The translations under genes were made by a program, and so were the position numbers. A DNA stretch of 64,000 nucleotides from Podarcis liolepis (Eukaryota), in the NCBI GenBank assembly GCA_965112155.1, contig OZ218103.1. One strand, given 5' to 3'. Below are positions 11,550 to 25,300 of this stretch, piece by piece; the stretch's first letter is position 1; every line of letters starts with the position of its first letter. The notes beneath the pieces are model-generated. The model was not told where the DNA came from. It worked only from the letters and a program-made list of their open reading frames with translations, and made no database searches.

Positions 11550-13644
11550 CCTTAAAGCTAGAAACTGTTGTTCTGGACATTGATACTGGTATTCAGTATA
11601 AGGGATAAGGACTGCATCAAACTTAAGAGATCTGAAAGAACACATAAGTTTTGTTAAACAATCTGGCTTTTACTTGAAAACTTTCCATAGCTACTTTATG
11701 ATTTCATAGCTTTCCCTGCTGCAGTTTACTGGCCAAAGTACCTGTTTCAATTGTGCCATCTATCTTTTCTCATTGTTCCTGGCTATTACAAAATCACCCT
11801 TGTCTTTCTCTGTAAGGTGATCCAGCACGCTCTACTCCATGTTTTACTACATCTAGCTCAAACACATCCCAGTAATGAAGCATGGTGCAAGTTAAAAGCA
11901 GCTGAAGGTGTATTACACTGGAGTGGGGAATCTTTGACCCTCCAGACAGTTCTAAAATACAGCACCCATCATCTCTGATTATTGGCTAGGCTGGCGGGAG
12001 TTGGGAGTCCAATAACATCTAGAGGGCCACAGGTTTCTTGCTCCTGTATTATACATTTAATCCTCCAGTCTTGCACTATTTGCTTACATTATTTCCCGAA
12101 TATATTACTTTCCCCACCTCCCACAATAGTGGGGTTTTGCGGTTCTTAACACGATGCTGTTAAGGGAATCTAGTGCGACAATAAATTGTTCAGCTCACAA
12201 CATATTTTCTTTATGAACTGTAGTGGTCCAATAGACTATTGAAAGCTCCTTTATCACTATAGTACTTCCTTACTGACGTTACACAAAATTCCCTACTGCA
12301 ACAGCTTTCAGGCATGTTTTTATATATATAAAACTTACCATACGTGCTTGCATTGGAACGTCTTGTAAATATCTAGCATCCATATATGCCTTTAAGTGCA
12401 GCCACATTGAATAATAATTGCTGAACCACTGTATCCCAGATGTGAGTGCAGTGGCATTTGATTTAGCTATCTGACCCACAGATGACAACTAAGAGATTGA
12501 GTGTGCACAGAGGACTAGACATTTTCTTCTGCCATGTGGCTATTTTTCTGAGAGTAGCCAGACTGCTCTGTGAAGCAAATGTAACCTTCTGCAGCAGCTT
12601 TTAAATGTGGTGTTAGCAAAAGTGATGGGTAGAATGTTTAAGAAAAGGGGAACAAATAACTTACGCAGTAACCAGTAGGAAAGAGACTACTTGGTTTTTA
12701 AAAAAATCTATTATGGATATGGAAGAAATGGAAAATACATTTAACACCTTAAGTGTGGAATCTAGAAACAAGCTCCCATCAACAGATTAGAAAAGCAAAA
12801 TATTTCTGCCTGAAAACAGCAAAAAACAAAAACTCTGAAATCCAGGAGAACCAGAAATGTAACACCTTAGGAGCAGGCAGATTTATTGGAATATTATTGG
12901 AATATTAATAAACTGGCCAGTCTCAAATTTTTAGAGAGTTTGGAAACAACAGGTGCTGTTCAAGTGTCCTGACAAGCATTCATTTAAAAATGTATGACAA
13001 GATGACAAACTCCTTTAATAAATGTGCTGGTGTTTGATTTCATGAGCACTTTGTTTGTGTGGTATGGCAAAATGACAAACTCCTTTAATAAATGTGTCAA
13101 TTTGCATTGTAACACAAGTAGATTTAGATACATAACAGTGTAGATAAGGAATTAATAAATAATGTGATTTTATCAAATTTAGATCTGACTCAAATAATAA
13201 TGAGATGGGACATTATAATAGAATGATACAGTAACATTGTAAGATAATTTTTTAGGTACTAGGGCAAGATCAAGTATCAGCAAGGAGGTGTTTTCAAAGC
13301 AGAGCTGCAAGACAAGGATGAAATCCTATTGAGTCCATAGGATGGCAGCATCTTTTAAATAAGTGGATAGTCTGACAGAATTAGATATGGGTCAAAACTG
13401 TAAATCTAGTTAATACCATATGTGATCTTGATGATGTGTTACATAGGGACCACTCAACTATTAGCAGGAGGCTTCCAAGATGTTTAAAGCAGATAAAGCT
13501 TTAGGGGCAATTTTAATTATTTTTAAAGCAAAAATGGATTGCCATAAGACGGTTATGCAACTTCTAGATTATATCAAGTATTTGCTCTGGAAATTTTATG
13601 CTTCTCAGGTGAGTAATTTCAGAACAGTAGCAGTGTTTGGAATT

Positions 13645-13852
13645 AGATTCAGGTGGGTAGCCGTTTTGGTCTGATGCAGTTGAAATAAATTAAAAAATTG
13701 TCCAGTAGCACCCTAGAGACCAACTAAGTTTGTTCTGGGTATATGCTTTCGTTGCATGCACACTTCATCAGATGGTATTTGAAGAAGTGTGCATGCACAC
13801 AAAATCTTCTACCCAGAACAAACTTGGTTGGTTTCTAAGGTGCTACTGGACA
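13645..13852. mobile_element. ORF-less palindromic PLE derivative: two decayed hammerhead/pLTR ends in inverted orientation
   Basis: 13-bp TSD AGTGTTTGGAATT (13632-13644 / 13853-13865); arms ~13698-13773 and ~13776-13853 are reverse complements and homologous to 1207-1282. Confidence 0.85.
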
Positions 13853-14300
13853 AGTGTTTGGAATTGTGCTGAAAAAAAGCTTGATAGTGTGAATATTATT
13901 CCTGGGTGCACAACTAAACCATATTAAGAGTTCCACAGAATAGCAGAGTCCCGAGCTTGCAACTTGTATGGATATTTTACTCTGCCCAACTCTTTGAAGC
14001 CTTTAGAGTCTTGCAATTAAATTCACATATAAATCAGTATTTGGGGGTGGGAAAATGCATATGAGCAAGTACTGTCAACCTGCATTTCCCTGTTTGTAGC
14101 ACTTTCACATCCGTTCAGGTTCATTGTATTGATAGTGATTGCATGCAAACCACACACAATTTACTGAGGTTTATGTTGCTTCACAGAAGCAACTCCTTAC
14201 ATGCACTGCTAAAAGTCAACATGACCTATCTAAAAACCATGCTTGCCATCCTCCCCTGAGTTGATACTTAATCAATAGCTGCAAAAAAAGGCAAAATGCT

Positions 14301-14357
14301 GTAGCACCTTGCAGATTGCCTTATTGTGGCATGAGCTTTCAAGGCAACATCAAATGT
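14301..14357 (-). mobile_element. Old decayed PLE hammerhead/pLTR fragment
   Basis: Minus strand reads ttTGATG...GAAAGCTCATGC...AAGGTGCTAC, the same layout as the young family. Confidence 0.5.
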
Positions 14358-16622
14358 ATTACGTGTATCCACTTTTAAGTATATCATGGCTTTGCTTTTC
14401 TAAACTTTCACCTGAAAGTGAAGGTAATATAAGGGAAGTATCTTCTAGTTACTGCTACATGCTGAAACTGGGACAATCCAGTGTCTCACCCGTAATACCA
14501 ATTTGATGATTTTGGGATAGTTGTGGGGGAGGGAATGGAAACCCCACCTTGAATAGTTCATGATTTTTGCCCCAATTTGAGGAGTTGGAAAGCCTAGAGT
14601 GGATGTGCAGACGACAGTCAGTGGACATGGGATAAGCACCTCTCCTCGCAAGTGGGCCCTGCATCTCCATTATTTTGGCTTAAAAAAGGTTGAGATCAGG
14701 CCACTAGCAGAACAGACACAGTTGGCAGAATGGACTGTCCCATCTCAAAATCTGCTCCAGAGGACTGGGGAACCCTCCATAGCAGATCTGGGGGGAAATT
14801 AGGAAAGGAAAGACTCTGTGATGTTGGGTGTTGTCCTTAAGTGTTTTGGCAACATGAACTTGTTATATGAAAATAAAAATTAAAACCCCAAAAGGTTTTC
14901 CTCTGATTACATTCCTATAATTTCCAATAGGTCTCTAGCATAACAGCAAGTAGAGAATCTCATGAAAAGGCAAAAAAGATTGATGTCTTGCCAACAAGAA
15001 TGACAAAAATATACTGCATCAGAATAAACCAACTTGGTTTGTCTAGCCCATGAATAAACCAGAAATACTTAGTTTTTATACCTACCTGGAAAGCAGAGTT
15101 GGATAGTTTCTACCAGGCCATCAAGAGCACAACTAGTGAATGCCATCCGGTGTAGTAGTCTAAAAGATACGTGCAGCTTTCTTGTTTTAAAGATACATGT
15201 GGCACACCAAGATCATTTAAGCACCGATAAAATACTGCAATTTACTTTATACATTTTGGTGAATTTGCCAGATTAAAGTTTCTAAATTGCAATCTTTAGG
15301 ATAACCTCCCACTCATGATTAAGTGGTATATAAACGCTTCTTGAATAAACAAACCAGATTTTAAAAACATGAATTTCCTTCTAGATGCCACTCCTTTCCT
15401 GCACTACCGCAACTACAATTCTCATAATTTTGTTAAAGAATATCAAGCATCCTAATGTACATGCCACTTGGCTTCCATTTATAAAAGAAAAAGGATCAAG
15501 GGGACTTGTATTTGCAGAGTACCATATACAGTATCAAAGGTGGTATGTTACTGAGTGCCAATCACTGGGGAACCCGCATGTCCTTGTGGCTTGCATCTGG
15601 TTGGCCACTGTAAGAACAATGTTGGGCTGGATGGACCTTTGGCCTCATTCAGCAGGAGCCTTCTTACGTTCTTAAATATCACAGAATTTACCTTTAATCT
15701 TATAATGGTAACAATTAATTTATTGTTGCCAACTTAAAATAGTGGTAATATGACATTTAAATATTTAGTACATGACAGGTTCTTAAAAACAAAGAGTTTT
15801 AAGGGCTGCATTCATGTTAGTGTTCAAACCCAATTGCTTAGTCTTGCAGACTGGTTGTATTCACAAATTTCGGTTCCTGGTTGCTGTTGTGATTTGATCT
15901 GGCTTTAGAGCTGTTTGAAGTCGTGGTCTACACAGAATTATCTCCTAAGAGCTCTTTATGTGTGTCTGCCATTGCAGAGTGGGAACATCAGCTAATTACC
16001 ATGAATGTACAAAACATCTGACCAGCAGGTATTGGAAAAAAACGGTATCCAGGTAATTGCCTGGTTCCTGTAATAAATTAAAATATTTCAGAATGACTCA
16101 GCCTCAGAATGTCTTCTTCAGAAGGTCCTGAAGTGTTCCTTTTGTGTCCCACAGTATTATCTCTCTTTTGGATGACACAAGTGTAGAAAAAAAACAACTT
16201 GTTGAGAGGTGTTTGGCTACACTGGCAAATGCTGGGTTTGAAAGAGGGCACTGAAGAAGATTGCTCGGGTGAGTTGAAAAAAGGTTGAAGCAAACTCCTC
16301 TTGAGGTCTCTGACACTCACTGAGTGGGTTGGTGAAAAATGTCACACCAAGACATACACGGCACTGAGGCAGTCAGTCAGTCAGAAGGAAAGCGGCTCCA
16401 CCGTGCAAGGCCACCTGGGTTTAATTGAATTTTGTTCCTGTTCTTTCAGTCCCAGAATTCTCTCTGACTCATCTAAGTCTCTTGAAGAGTTATGTATGTT
16501 TGTTTGGCAGGCTATCCTTCAATCTCCCCCTTTTTCAAAATGTCTGCAGCCTGTTGCCACCATCCTCAATAGTCGTCACCGTCTTCTCCCATCTTGTCAG
16601 CCCCAACGAGCTGGTGAGCCTG

Positions 16623-16960
16623 TCATACCCACTCTTGTACGGGTCGTCTGTAATAGGTCACGCTTTGCTGGACCTCTTTGTTCTTGAACTGGAAGATTGT
16701 GTATACCAGGACAAGGATACACAGAGATAAAATGCAGGGGATCACGACTGCAATTGCATTGACAGTGCTAGGCACATCGTTTATAGTCACCATAATATCC
16801 ACGTCTTCGTGAGAGAGCCGCCGGTCTTTGCTCCGTTCAACCTCCTTTTGGTTGCAGCCCATCCAGTCTTTAAGGATTGACCTGGGGTATCCCGGCTCCA
16901 CAGTCAGCCTCTGGTTATCAAACTTCCAGTATTCCTTACCTTTATAAAAGTAGGTATAAA
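16623..16960 (-). CDS. MMP24: MMP24 exon 9 coding part (338 nt; stem, TM, cytoplasmic tail)
   Basis: [35 protein letters not shown]...[24 protein letters not shown]...RPVQEWV*. Confidence 0.96.
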
Positions 16961-19900
16961 CTGGAAAAGAAAACAGATATTATTCCATTCTGTGCCATTC
17001 ACATATTCTGGAGGTGTGCAGGGAAGAGAAACTATTCTGTATATGGCAAGAGAGGTTATGTTGGAAATACAGATGGTCTGTATGATATATATTAGATAAC
17101 AACGGAGGGAAATCTATCTTACATTATGCAAAGAAAATAACTTTTGCTTCTGTACTTGCATTCATGGGGATAAGAAAAATTTATATATATTTTTATTATT
17201 AAAATTGGAGAAAAGCTCAGATGAAAACCAATCAATCACCCAGTTTAGGAAGAATATCATGTGCTATGAAACAAATATCTGCCTCAAGTTTACTTTGGGG
17301 TGGGTGGATATGTGTTATATGGGCAAGTAAATGTCCATGACTACATGTGTCTGCAATCTTGTCAATGTTCAGGCTTTAATACAATCTGAATGCAAAGTTC
17401 AACACATGGAGGATTATTAAACACCACTAAGCTGCTAAATAAGCTTAATACTTACAGCCTTCTTTACTGACAAAAGCTCCTTGCGGGGCTTGTGGGATTC
17501 CTTTCCACACAGTGATGGGTTTGGGGTAGCCGGGATCTGTTGCTCTCTTGTCTTCATTATACCTCCAATATCGGTCTCCTTTGAAGAAATAGGTTTTGCC
17601 TACAGGCTCCCACCTTAAAGCTGTGTCAATCCCTTCCCGGGGAAGACAGCTGCCCAGTTCCACTAGGTTGTGTGGGTACCCTGGCTCTGCAGTCACCTCC
17701 TTGAAAACCCAGTATTTATCGCCTAGGCAAAAAAGCGGGAGAGGAGGGTGGGTAAGATATAATCAGCAGCAGTCAATGGGACTTTGCCTTCCTCTGGAGC
17801 AGGTTTGGGGGACAACAGGAAGGGGGAGTTCACTCACACAGCGCTGGATACAACCTCAAAATGTTTACCTTTAAAGAAAACAAATTTCCCATCGGATCTT
17901 TCATAGGCAGCATCAATTTTTGCAGGGAGCCCTTTCCAGAACTGTTCGATCTGCATGGGGTAGCCTTCTTGCACTCGGTTGTTACGGAGACGCCAAAACC
18001 AGCGGTCCTGAAAGAAAAAGAAGAAGGAAAAAGAAGAGTCTTGTTAAATGTCTATATCAGATTCCAGATCAGATTAATTTTAAAATATCACAGCACCCTC
18101 AGGTTTCCTAAAGTCAGTCAGTATTCCTCTCAGGCAGAAGTAGACTCCTCCATTGCTTTGTTATCTTATATTAGGTCCCAGTCATAAAAAACCAGTCTTA
18201 CCAAGCACTAACTGCCACCTCAAAAAAGTGCCAAATAGTGCCACTAACTGCCACCTCCAAAAGCTGTAATTTCCTGCCCTGCTCAGAGCTTCTCTCACTA
18301 TTCCTACAACCAAATCATTACCCCAGACAAAATAATAGTGTACTTTATTATTTATGATATTCTCTATGTTTAAAGTCTCAAAATAAAATTCAGTAGCAGA
18401 ACCAGAGTGAATCACAGAGGGCTGTGTTCATCTTTTACTCTGAGCAGATCAATGGGTCTACTCTGAGTAAAAGTTAATTGAATACAATCTAAAGAGTCTC
18501 ACACATGTCTGATCTACACACACTGTTCATTAAGAAGGTAGAATTCTGGAATACTAGAGAAGATTCATTGATCAGGAGAAATGCTGGAAACAGGAACTAC
18601 ATCTGCAGGGCTCATTTGGAAGCAAGTGAACAATTTATATTTTTTTGTCCTTGATTTAAGAAGTTTCACTTAATTTAAGTGTTACTGAAGGAAATGCATT
18701 ATTTCAGCTATCAGAACAAACATTCGAATTTATTATCATTTCTTCAAACCAAAACATCTACCAATAAAAAAACCTGCAGAGATTAAAATACCAAGAAAAT
18801 TTGGTGGCATTTAATTAATTATACATGCATTTGTAATATATAAAGATTAATGAAAACAGCTTTGACAGGATGATTTTCACTACCTTAAAAACAAACATTT
18901 CTCCTCTGAAGAGAGCCACAGTATTGAAGTTCCCATCACAAATGTTTGGTTTACTGCCTGGGGTAGAAGGCCTGTCTCCTAGAGGAGGTCTGGGAGGTCT
19001 CGAATGTCTGTCATGCTTTCTTTCTGAAGTAGAATGGATTCTACGAACAGGAAGGGTTGGTAAAGGTCTAGTGGGTTCTAGTGGCTCAGCAGGTGGGCCT
19101 AAATAAAAATAAAAAAAGAGGGAAGAGAGAAAACTAATTAGCAGCTTGAATATTGTACCCATCATTTGAAAGACCATCACAAAGCTTGAACACTCCTTCC
19201 CATTTCTTCCTTAAAATCTTTCCTTCCACCACAGACATAATCACCATCCTCAACTTGCTGTCAAAATTATTGGCTGTAGATCACAGAATCATAGAATTGT
19301 AGAGTTGGAAGGGATCACAAGGGTCATCTAGCCCAACCCCAGCAATGCAGGAATCTTTTTCCAATGTGGGGCTTGAACCCAAGACCCTGAGATTAAGAGT
19401 CTCCTGCTCTCTCATCCCAATCATGCTCATACTTTTGTGTAACATCATCTAGCAACAGCACCTGACCTTTGCATTGGAACTGGCCCATCCATTTTCCTAG
19501 GACCTCATAGTTAATTATTATTAGATCTCTTTCCTACCTGGGACCTCATGGTGAAGGATAGGTAGGAAATCTAACAAACAAGAAGACTCTAACTTGTCCC
19601 CAAAGCCACCCTATTTTACTCCTTTGCATCCCAGTACCTCAAAAACTTAATCCAAGAGTCTAATCTAAATAAAACCTAGTAATCTAGGTTTTTAAAGTTC
19701 CCCTTGTCTTGGTTGCTGTTTCCAAAATTTGCTGTTGTATCTGCTGTATAGAATATCAGGCTCTAAAATCCCAATGAGAGCTAACTGCTCTCACTGCATA
19801 GCAATAAGGCCCTCAGAAGCAACCCTCTGCAAAAGCATGCATCAAATTCAGATAGTTTATACATATACTTTCTATTCCTTAGCCACAAACCTTGTAAAGG

Positions 19901-20758
19901 AATGTCATATAGCTGGAGTCAGGAGAGGTGTATAAGATGGAAGTGGCTATTTTCAGGTGGTGAACAGTAGGAGCCAGCTCCAGATTCTGCAAATTGAAGC
20001 TGCCTCAGGCTGGAGCCAAAGAAAAAAGTGTTGGCCCCTTTGCAAAAGGAGTAGTGTATCTGGCTGGATACAGGTGACCATTTAACCACACAACTGCACT
20101 GGGCATATCATAAGTCTCTCCCCACTCTGCACCCCGGCAACAACTTGGCAACTTGGCAGAATGATAAAGAGGGCTGATTCACACATGGTAAATTCTTACC
20201 AATTTATTTTCCTGCATTCTAGTAATCTCATTAGGCCACTGAAGTATCTCATACATGGGTCCGCCTCTGACGATTGTTCAGACACTGACTGCATTGGCAA
20301 TCTAGCCAGCCCCTGTACTTGAGCTAACTGAGACTAGGCATTATGGTCACATGTTGGTGGTTCAACTGCACTAACTCCTACGTCAAAGTGCCAGTTTGGG
20401 TTTTTAAAGCTCTTCACAATTTGGGGCCAGGGTACCTGAAGGACTGCCTGTCTCCACATGTTGGTTGTAATCTATTCTTCGTTTTCCTTATTCTTCAACA
20501 TCCAAAAGACAGCAGAACTGGCTGCCTGGGGGGAAACCTTCTCGGTGGTGACATCCTGACAGTGGAACACTCTTCATCTTGACTGAGTTCTCATTTTTAT
20601 GCTGCTTCTCATGTCATAATCACTGAGGTATTAGAAACCCTCACAATTTAGTTTTTTTGGAACACTGTTACATGGTACCAGCACCACAATATCCCATTGG
20701 AAGGGCGTGGCCTTGCTGCAAGTAGGATAACACTGAAAGGGAGAGCTCTTTTCATGGC

Positions 20759-20797
<39 letters not shown>

Positions 20798-22277
20798 TTG
20801 CTGCTCTTCTCTTCATTGTTATTTTAAGGGGGTGGTTGTCAGTAAAGATGTGTGTTCCAGTACTGGAAAGGGGGAGTCCATAGAACTACATGAAAACAGA
20901 AAAAGGAGGCAAAGGATCAAACAGTAGCAGAGTGTTGCTGTGGAAGAAAGGGCAGAAGTGCTGGAATTGGTACTATATCAATGATTTCATTTTAAAATCT
21001 GGCTAAGAATTCCTTTCCGTATTGATATTACAGTCTGAAATACTTCTTAATATGCTGACAGTTTGGGGGAAGGCGGAGGGAGTAAGAGAGGAAGATTGAA
21101 CACTGAAATATTTGTCAGACTTGAGCAACTATTCTACTAGTTGGTTATACTCACAACAGTTGTGCAGGATGGAAATGGAATATTACCAGCTAGTAGGGGG
21201 GGAATGCAATTTCCCCATGCAATTACAAGGGAAAGTCACTTCATATGCATCCTGCTCACCTGCTCAGTGACCTGTTCAATGCTCACAGTGAACATGTGGA
21301 AAGGCTTCAAGGTTCCCTGATGACAGTATTCTAAGAGTGCCCTGTTTATCAGTTACCAAGATGCAAGACATAGGAAGAGGAGGTTTTGGGTGACTGCCGT
21401 TCAGCTTTGGAAGTAATCTTTGTTTTTACTGCAGTGTGTCAAACCCAGACCCTGATCATTTTCCTGTAGAGGTTTATTTACACGAACAATTGATTGGTAA
21501 TGAAAAATAAGTGGGAGTTATTTTAAGTGTGTTTTCCCTTGCTATAAGTTTTATTAAAAAAAACAACAACATGGGCACAGCCACCACATGCCCACACATA
21601 AATATATACATCTGTATATTTCAGTACCTTAATTTGCCTGAGCTTATGGGAGGCGATGAGGAATTGGCACCCTGCCAATGGCAATTAGTAAAACATGTAC
21701 CATCTTACCATAGATCTTCTGGATTCCTTGAAGGTCATCCTGTGGTAACTTAAAGTTGTGCGTTTCCATATATTGATAAAAAGGAGCCATGATGGCGCTG
21801 GGGTCATTGGAGTGCTCAAGACCTAAGGCATGGCCCAGTTCATGCACCGCAACGAGAAAGAGGTCATTTCCTACAGAGGCAAGATGTTACAAGCATCAGC
21901 GTCAACATCCATAGGGTGTTAACAAAATTAACAAACAAGCTTAACAAAATTCTAAAGAAGAAGATAAAGCAGTTTATCCAGCAACTATAGAGGCTCAGCA
22001 GGAATACTTTTAAATATAAGTCTTGCAGTGCACCTGGTCTAATTAGATGATCATCAGATGCAGTAACTGCTGCATTGCAATTGGTAAGAGCATGACCAGG
22101 AAGTCCCTGGTTCATATTTATGGCACAACAGACACATTCATCTTTTAAGGCACCAACAGATTCTTTGCTAAATATAATGTGATAAGAGATTGCAAAAGAC
22201 TGTTGACAATGTGTAATTAAACCAGCAAAGGAGACAATGACTGAATCACTCTGCAAAACAGAGAGAATATATTTTGA

Positions 22278-22321
<44 letters not shown>

Positions 22322-25300
22322 TAAAACCTAAATCTAAAGACATATGCCCCAGATTCAATTAACTGTTTGTGAAGAAGTCCCTGATCAGCATCTTAAAAGT
22401 AAAATATGTAGCACTGGGCTTTTGGAGTTTAGAGAAAGTGAAGACTAGAAGCTAATGAGAGTTAGAACAGCATCAAAAGAAGGGAGGCAAAAATGCATCC
22501 TAGACATGCCCTTTGTTGCATCAAATGGCTTTGTTGCTCAAGGACATCTCATGAAGCAAAGGACTGAGGCAAAGGGTATTAAAAGTTTCATGGCTATGGA
22601 TTTTGGAATTCTGTTTTTCGGTACAAAAGTGTGCCTTTAAAAAATCCATTTGGAGTCTTGGGATCAGAGCAAATAAAATCAAATAAATAGTTACAAACAG
22701 TACAACAGTTTCATTTGGGAAATCGGGAGGACTGATTCTTATCAACATGAAAATGGATGTCCTCAAAGAGTGAGGGGTGATTAGCAGTCAAAACAGGAGT
22801 AATCTGATAAATAAAGACAAGGTTATTAAACAAGTAGGCCATAAAATAAATCACATGTGTGGTTGAGAGTAATGACAACAAAACCATGATTATTTAAAGT
22901 AAAATGTGGCTGATCCTAATCTGTCTATAACTGCCCTACTTTGTTATTAAACTGAGAATTAAGCTTTGCCAGCATGGCAACAATGTTATTAATGAGACAC
23001 ACTGCATTTATTTCAGTTCTGTAAGTTGAAAATAAGTGAAAGGCAGTCCTAACCGTGTAGCAGCACGTTGAAAAGTAAGAGAAATGAAACAAACATGTGA
23101 CCGGGGTCTAAACAAGTAGGAATGACAGAAGGGAGATAGTTTTAATACGATGGCAAAGATTAGATGAGCCCCTTTAATAGGATAGCAAAGCAGATAATAT
23201 AGCAAAGTAGATAAAAGAAAGTGGATAGAATGTTGAAATGGTTTCATCCACTTAAGTCAATTTTTTTCTGTCGTAATAGCTGCCTGATTTTCAGAAAGGC
23301 AACAGTGGAGAGTTCTAAGAACAGATCTTAAAACAACCTGAGAAATCAAAATTGTTTAGGAACTGCAAAAAACCTGACATGTCATCTGAAAGGTTCGGTA
23401 AGGTCTGGAGAAAAGCTCCTAATTTAGTCCAGCGTCAAGGCATAGGCATTTATTTTGTCACTAGTGGCTGTCCTTTTTAGTTCTTGCAGTACAGTGTTTG
23501 AATAAAGTACAGGTGCTATCTGAATTTAGGGTATGACAGCAAAGTGTGGAACAGCCTTATCTAAATCATGTGGTGTGGTACCGAATGAAATCATACTAAG
23601 AATAGACTCACTAACATCAGTGGACTTATCTAAGTATAGTTTGGGGGTGTTGACATTACTGCCTCAGACTGCAGTGAGTGCCCCCCATACCTCTGCTGTA
23701 AATTTCATGGCTCTCCCCCTCCCCCAATGCCACCCCACCTGTTCACATTAGCACAGCTTCATGGCTTCATTTGTTTCAGATTTGTATGCCAAGGTGTTTC
23801 ACAGCTTGTCTAGAGACAAATTAGGAATGACTTAAGGATTCCAGTCGGAGAGGCTGATTTCAGAAAAAACACATCAGACAGTAATATTTCATGGCAAAGC
23901 ACAGGATACGAATGCATTTTGGATAACGCCATGTGAACATGGAATTACAGCCTAGCACCAGAAACATAGTGAGTGCTGAGTAAATGGTTCACACAGCCTT
24001 AGTTAGGATACCACCCCCAATCAACAGTCCTTGGGGCATTATGGGTGAAGCAAAGCCATCTTGAGTTATAGGAAGGCTGCAGAGGCCCAGGATTTCTCTG
24101 TACCCAATTGTTCATGAGATGCTAATAATCCATTAAATTAGTGGTTTGTGCAATAGAACAATTTTGTTGCAGAGCCCCTGGAGCCCCTAATTACACCCTG
24201 GGCTTTTCATGCTTTTCATCACCTTTCAAAAATACTAAGTGATCCAGAATTCATTTCAGGTCACCAGCAGTCAGGTTAATCAAATAAATCCCTATACCCG
24301 CCACACCAACAACAGCCTGCATATATATATTTATATAAAATCAATGCAAATGTCAATGCCCAGGATTCAGCCTGCTGTGGATCTAGGTTCAGGACCATCA
24401 AAATCTGCATTATACCGCATGAGACCATTGTTCCATCTAGTTCAGCATCACTGACTGCTCTCCAATGTTTCCAGCAGGAGTCTGTACCAGCAGAACCTGG
24501 AGCTGTTTTACCACTGAGCTACATCCCTTCCCTAAATGTTTGGCTGTATAGCTGATGGAAGTGGTGGGGGCTAAAGAAGTATGATTTGGTAATCAGTATA
24601 ATTTTCAAAGCAAGGGAGAAAGGGACTACACTGCCAGTTTTGAAAGGACATTATTTGAGAAAATTGAGGACAAGGGTTCACCTGCCTGGGATACAGATTT
24701 TGAAAGTCTACTTCATCATGGGGGAGCGGGTGCCACCTCTCTCTCAACCAGGATGGCATATAGGAGTTAACCAATGCATCTTAAGAACTCTGAATCTGTA
24801 GTTTATTTTGCTGTGCAGTTGTTCCATATTTGTTCTGTCTTCTCTCTAATCTTTAAAAATACATTTTCATTTACAATAATTAAACATGAAGGGCTTCCTG
24901 CTTACTGGGAGAGGCACCCAAGTAAGATGCTTAGGATTGGGGAAAACAAAATATTTTAAAAATGATAATGGCTCAAGGTGGTGGTAAAATAGGATGTGGT
25001 TTCATTAACTCTAGGTAGCTGAGGAATGGCAACTTCACAATGATCTGATACGAAGTGTGAGTAGTACATAAACAACAAATGCTTAATATCCATATTACAG
25101 CATTCACAAGGAGCCCTGAAAGCAATTTTGGGCAGTAACTATACCACTTATAGCAGACTTCCTACATGAATCAACTGAAATGTATAGCAAGTCCCCAAAC
25201 TAGCACTGCAACTCCATAGGACACAAAGACTCCCACAGTGGCTTCTTAAGCAATTGTATATATAATGACAGTCATGTGGAGCCCCAACCATGCAGAAGCC

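Noticed and set aside
10722-16622. Search for an MMP24OS-like microprotein between EIF6 and MMP24
   Set aside because: No ORF resembling the recalled C-terminal WGPLDDVRFLIACTSWY motif was seen by eye; a tBLASTn would be needed to exclude it.
19355-19410. tRNA-Lys-like sequence
   Set aside because: Incomplete cloverleaf fused to a CR1-type tail; it is a SINE head, not a tRNA gene.
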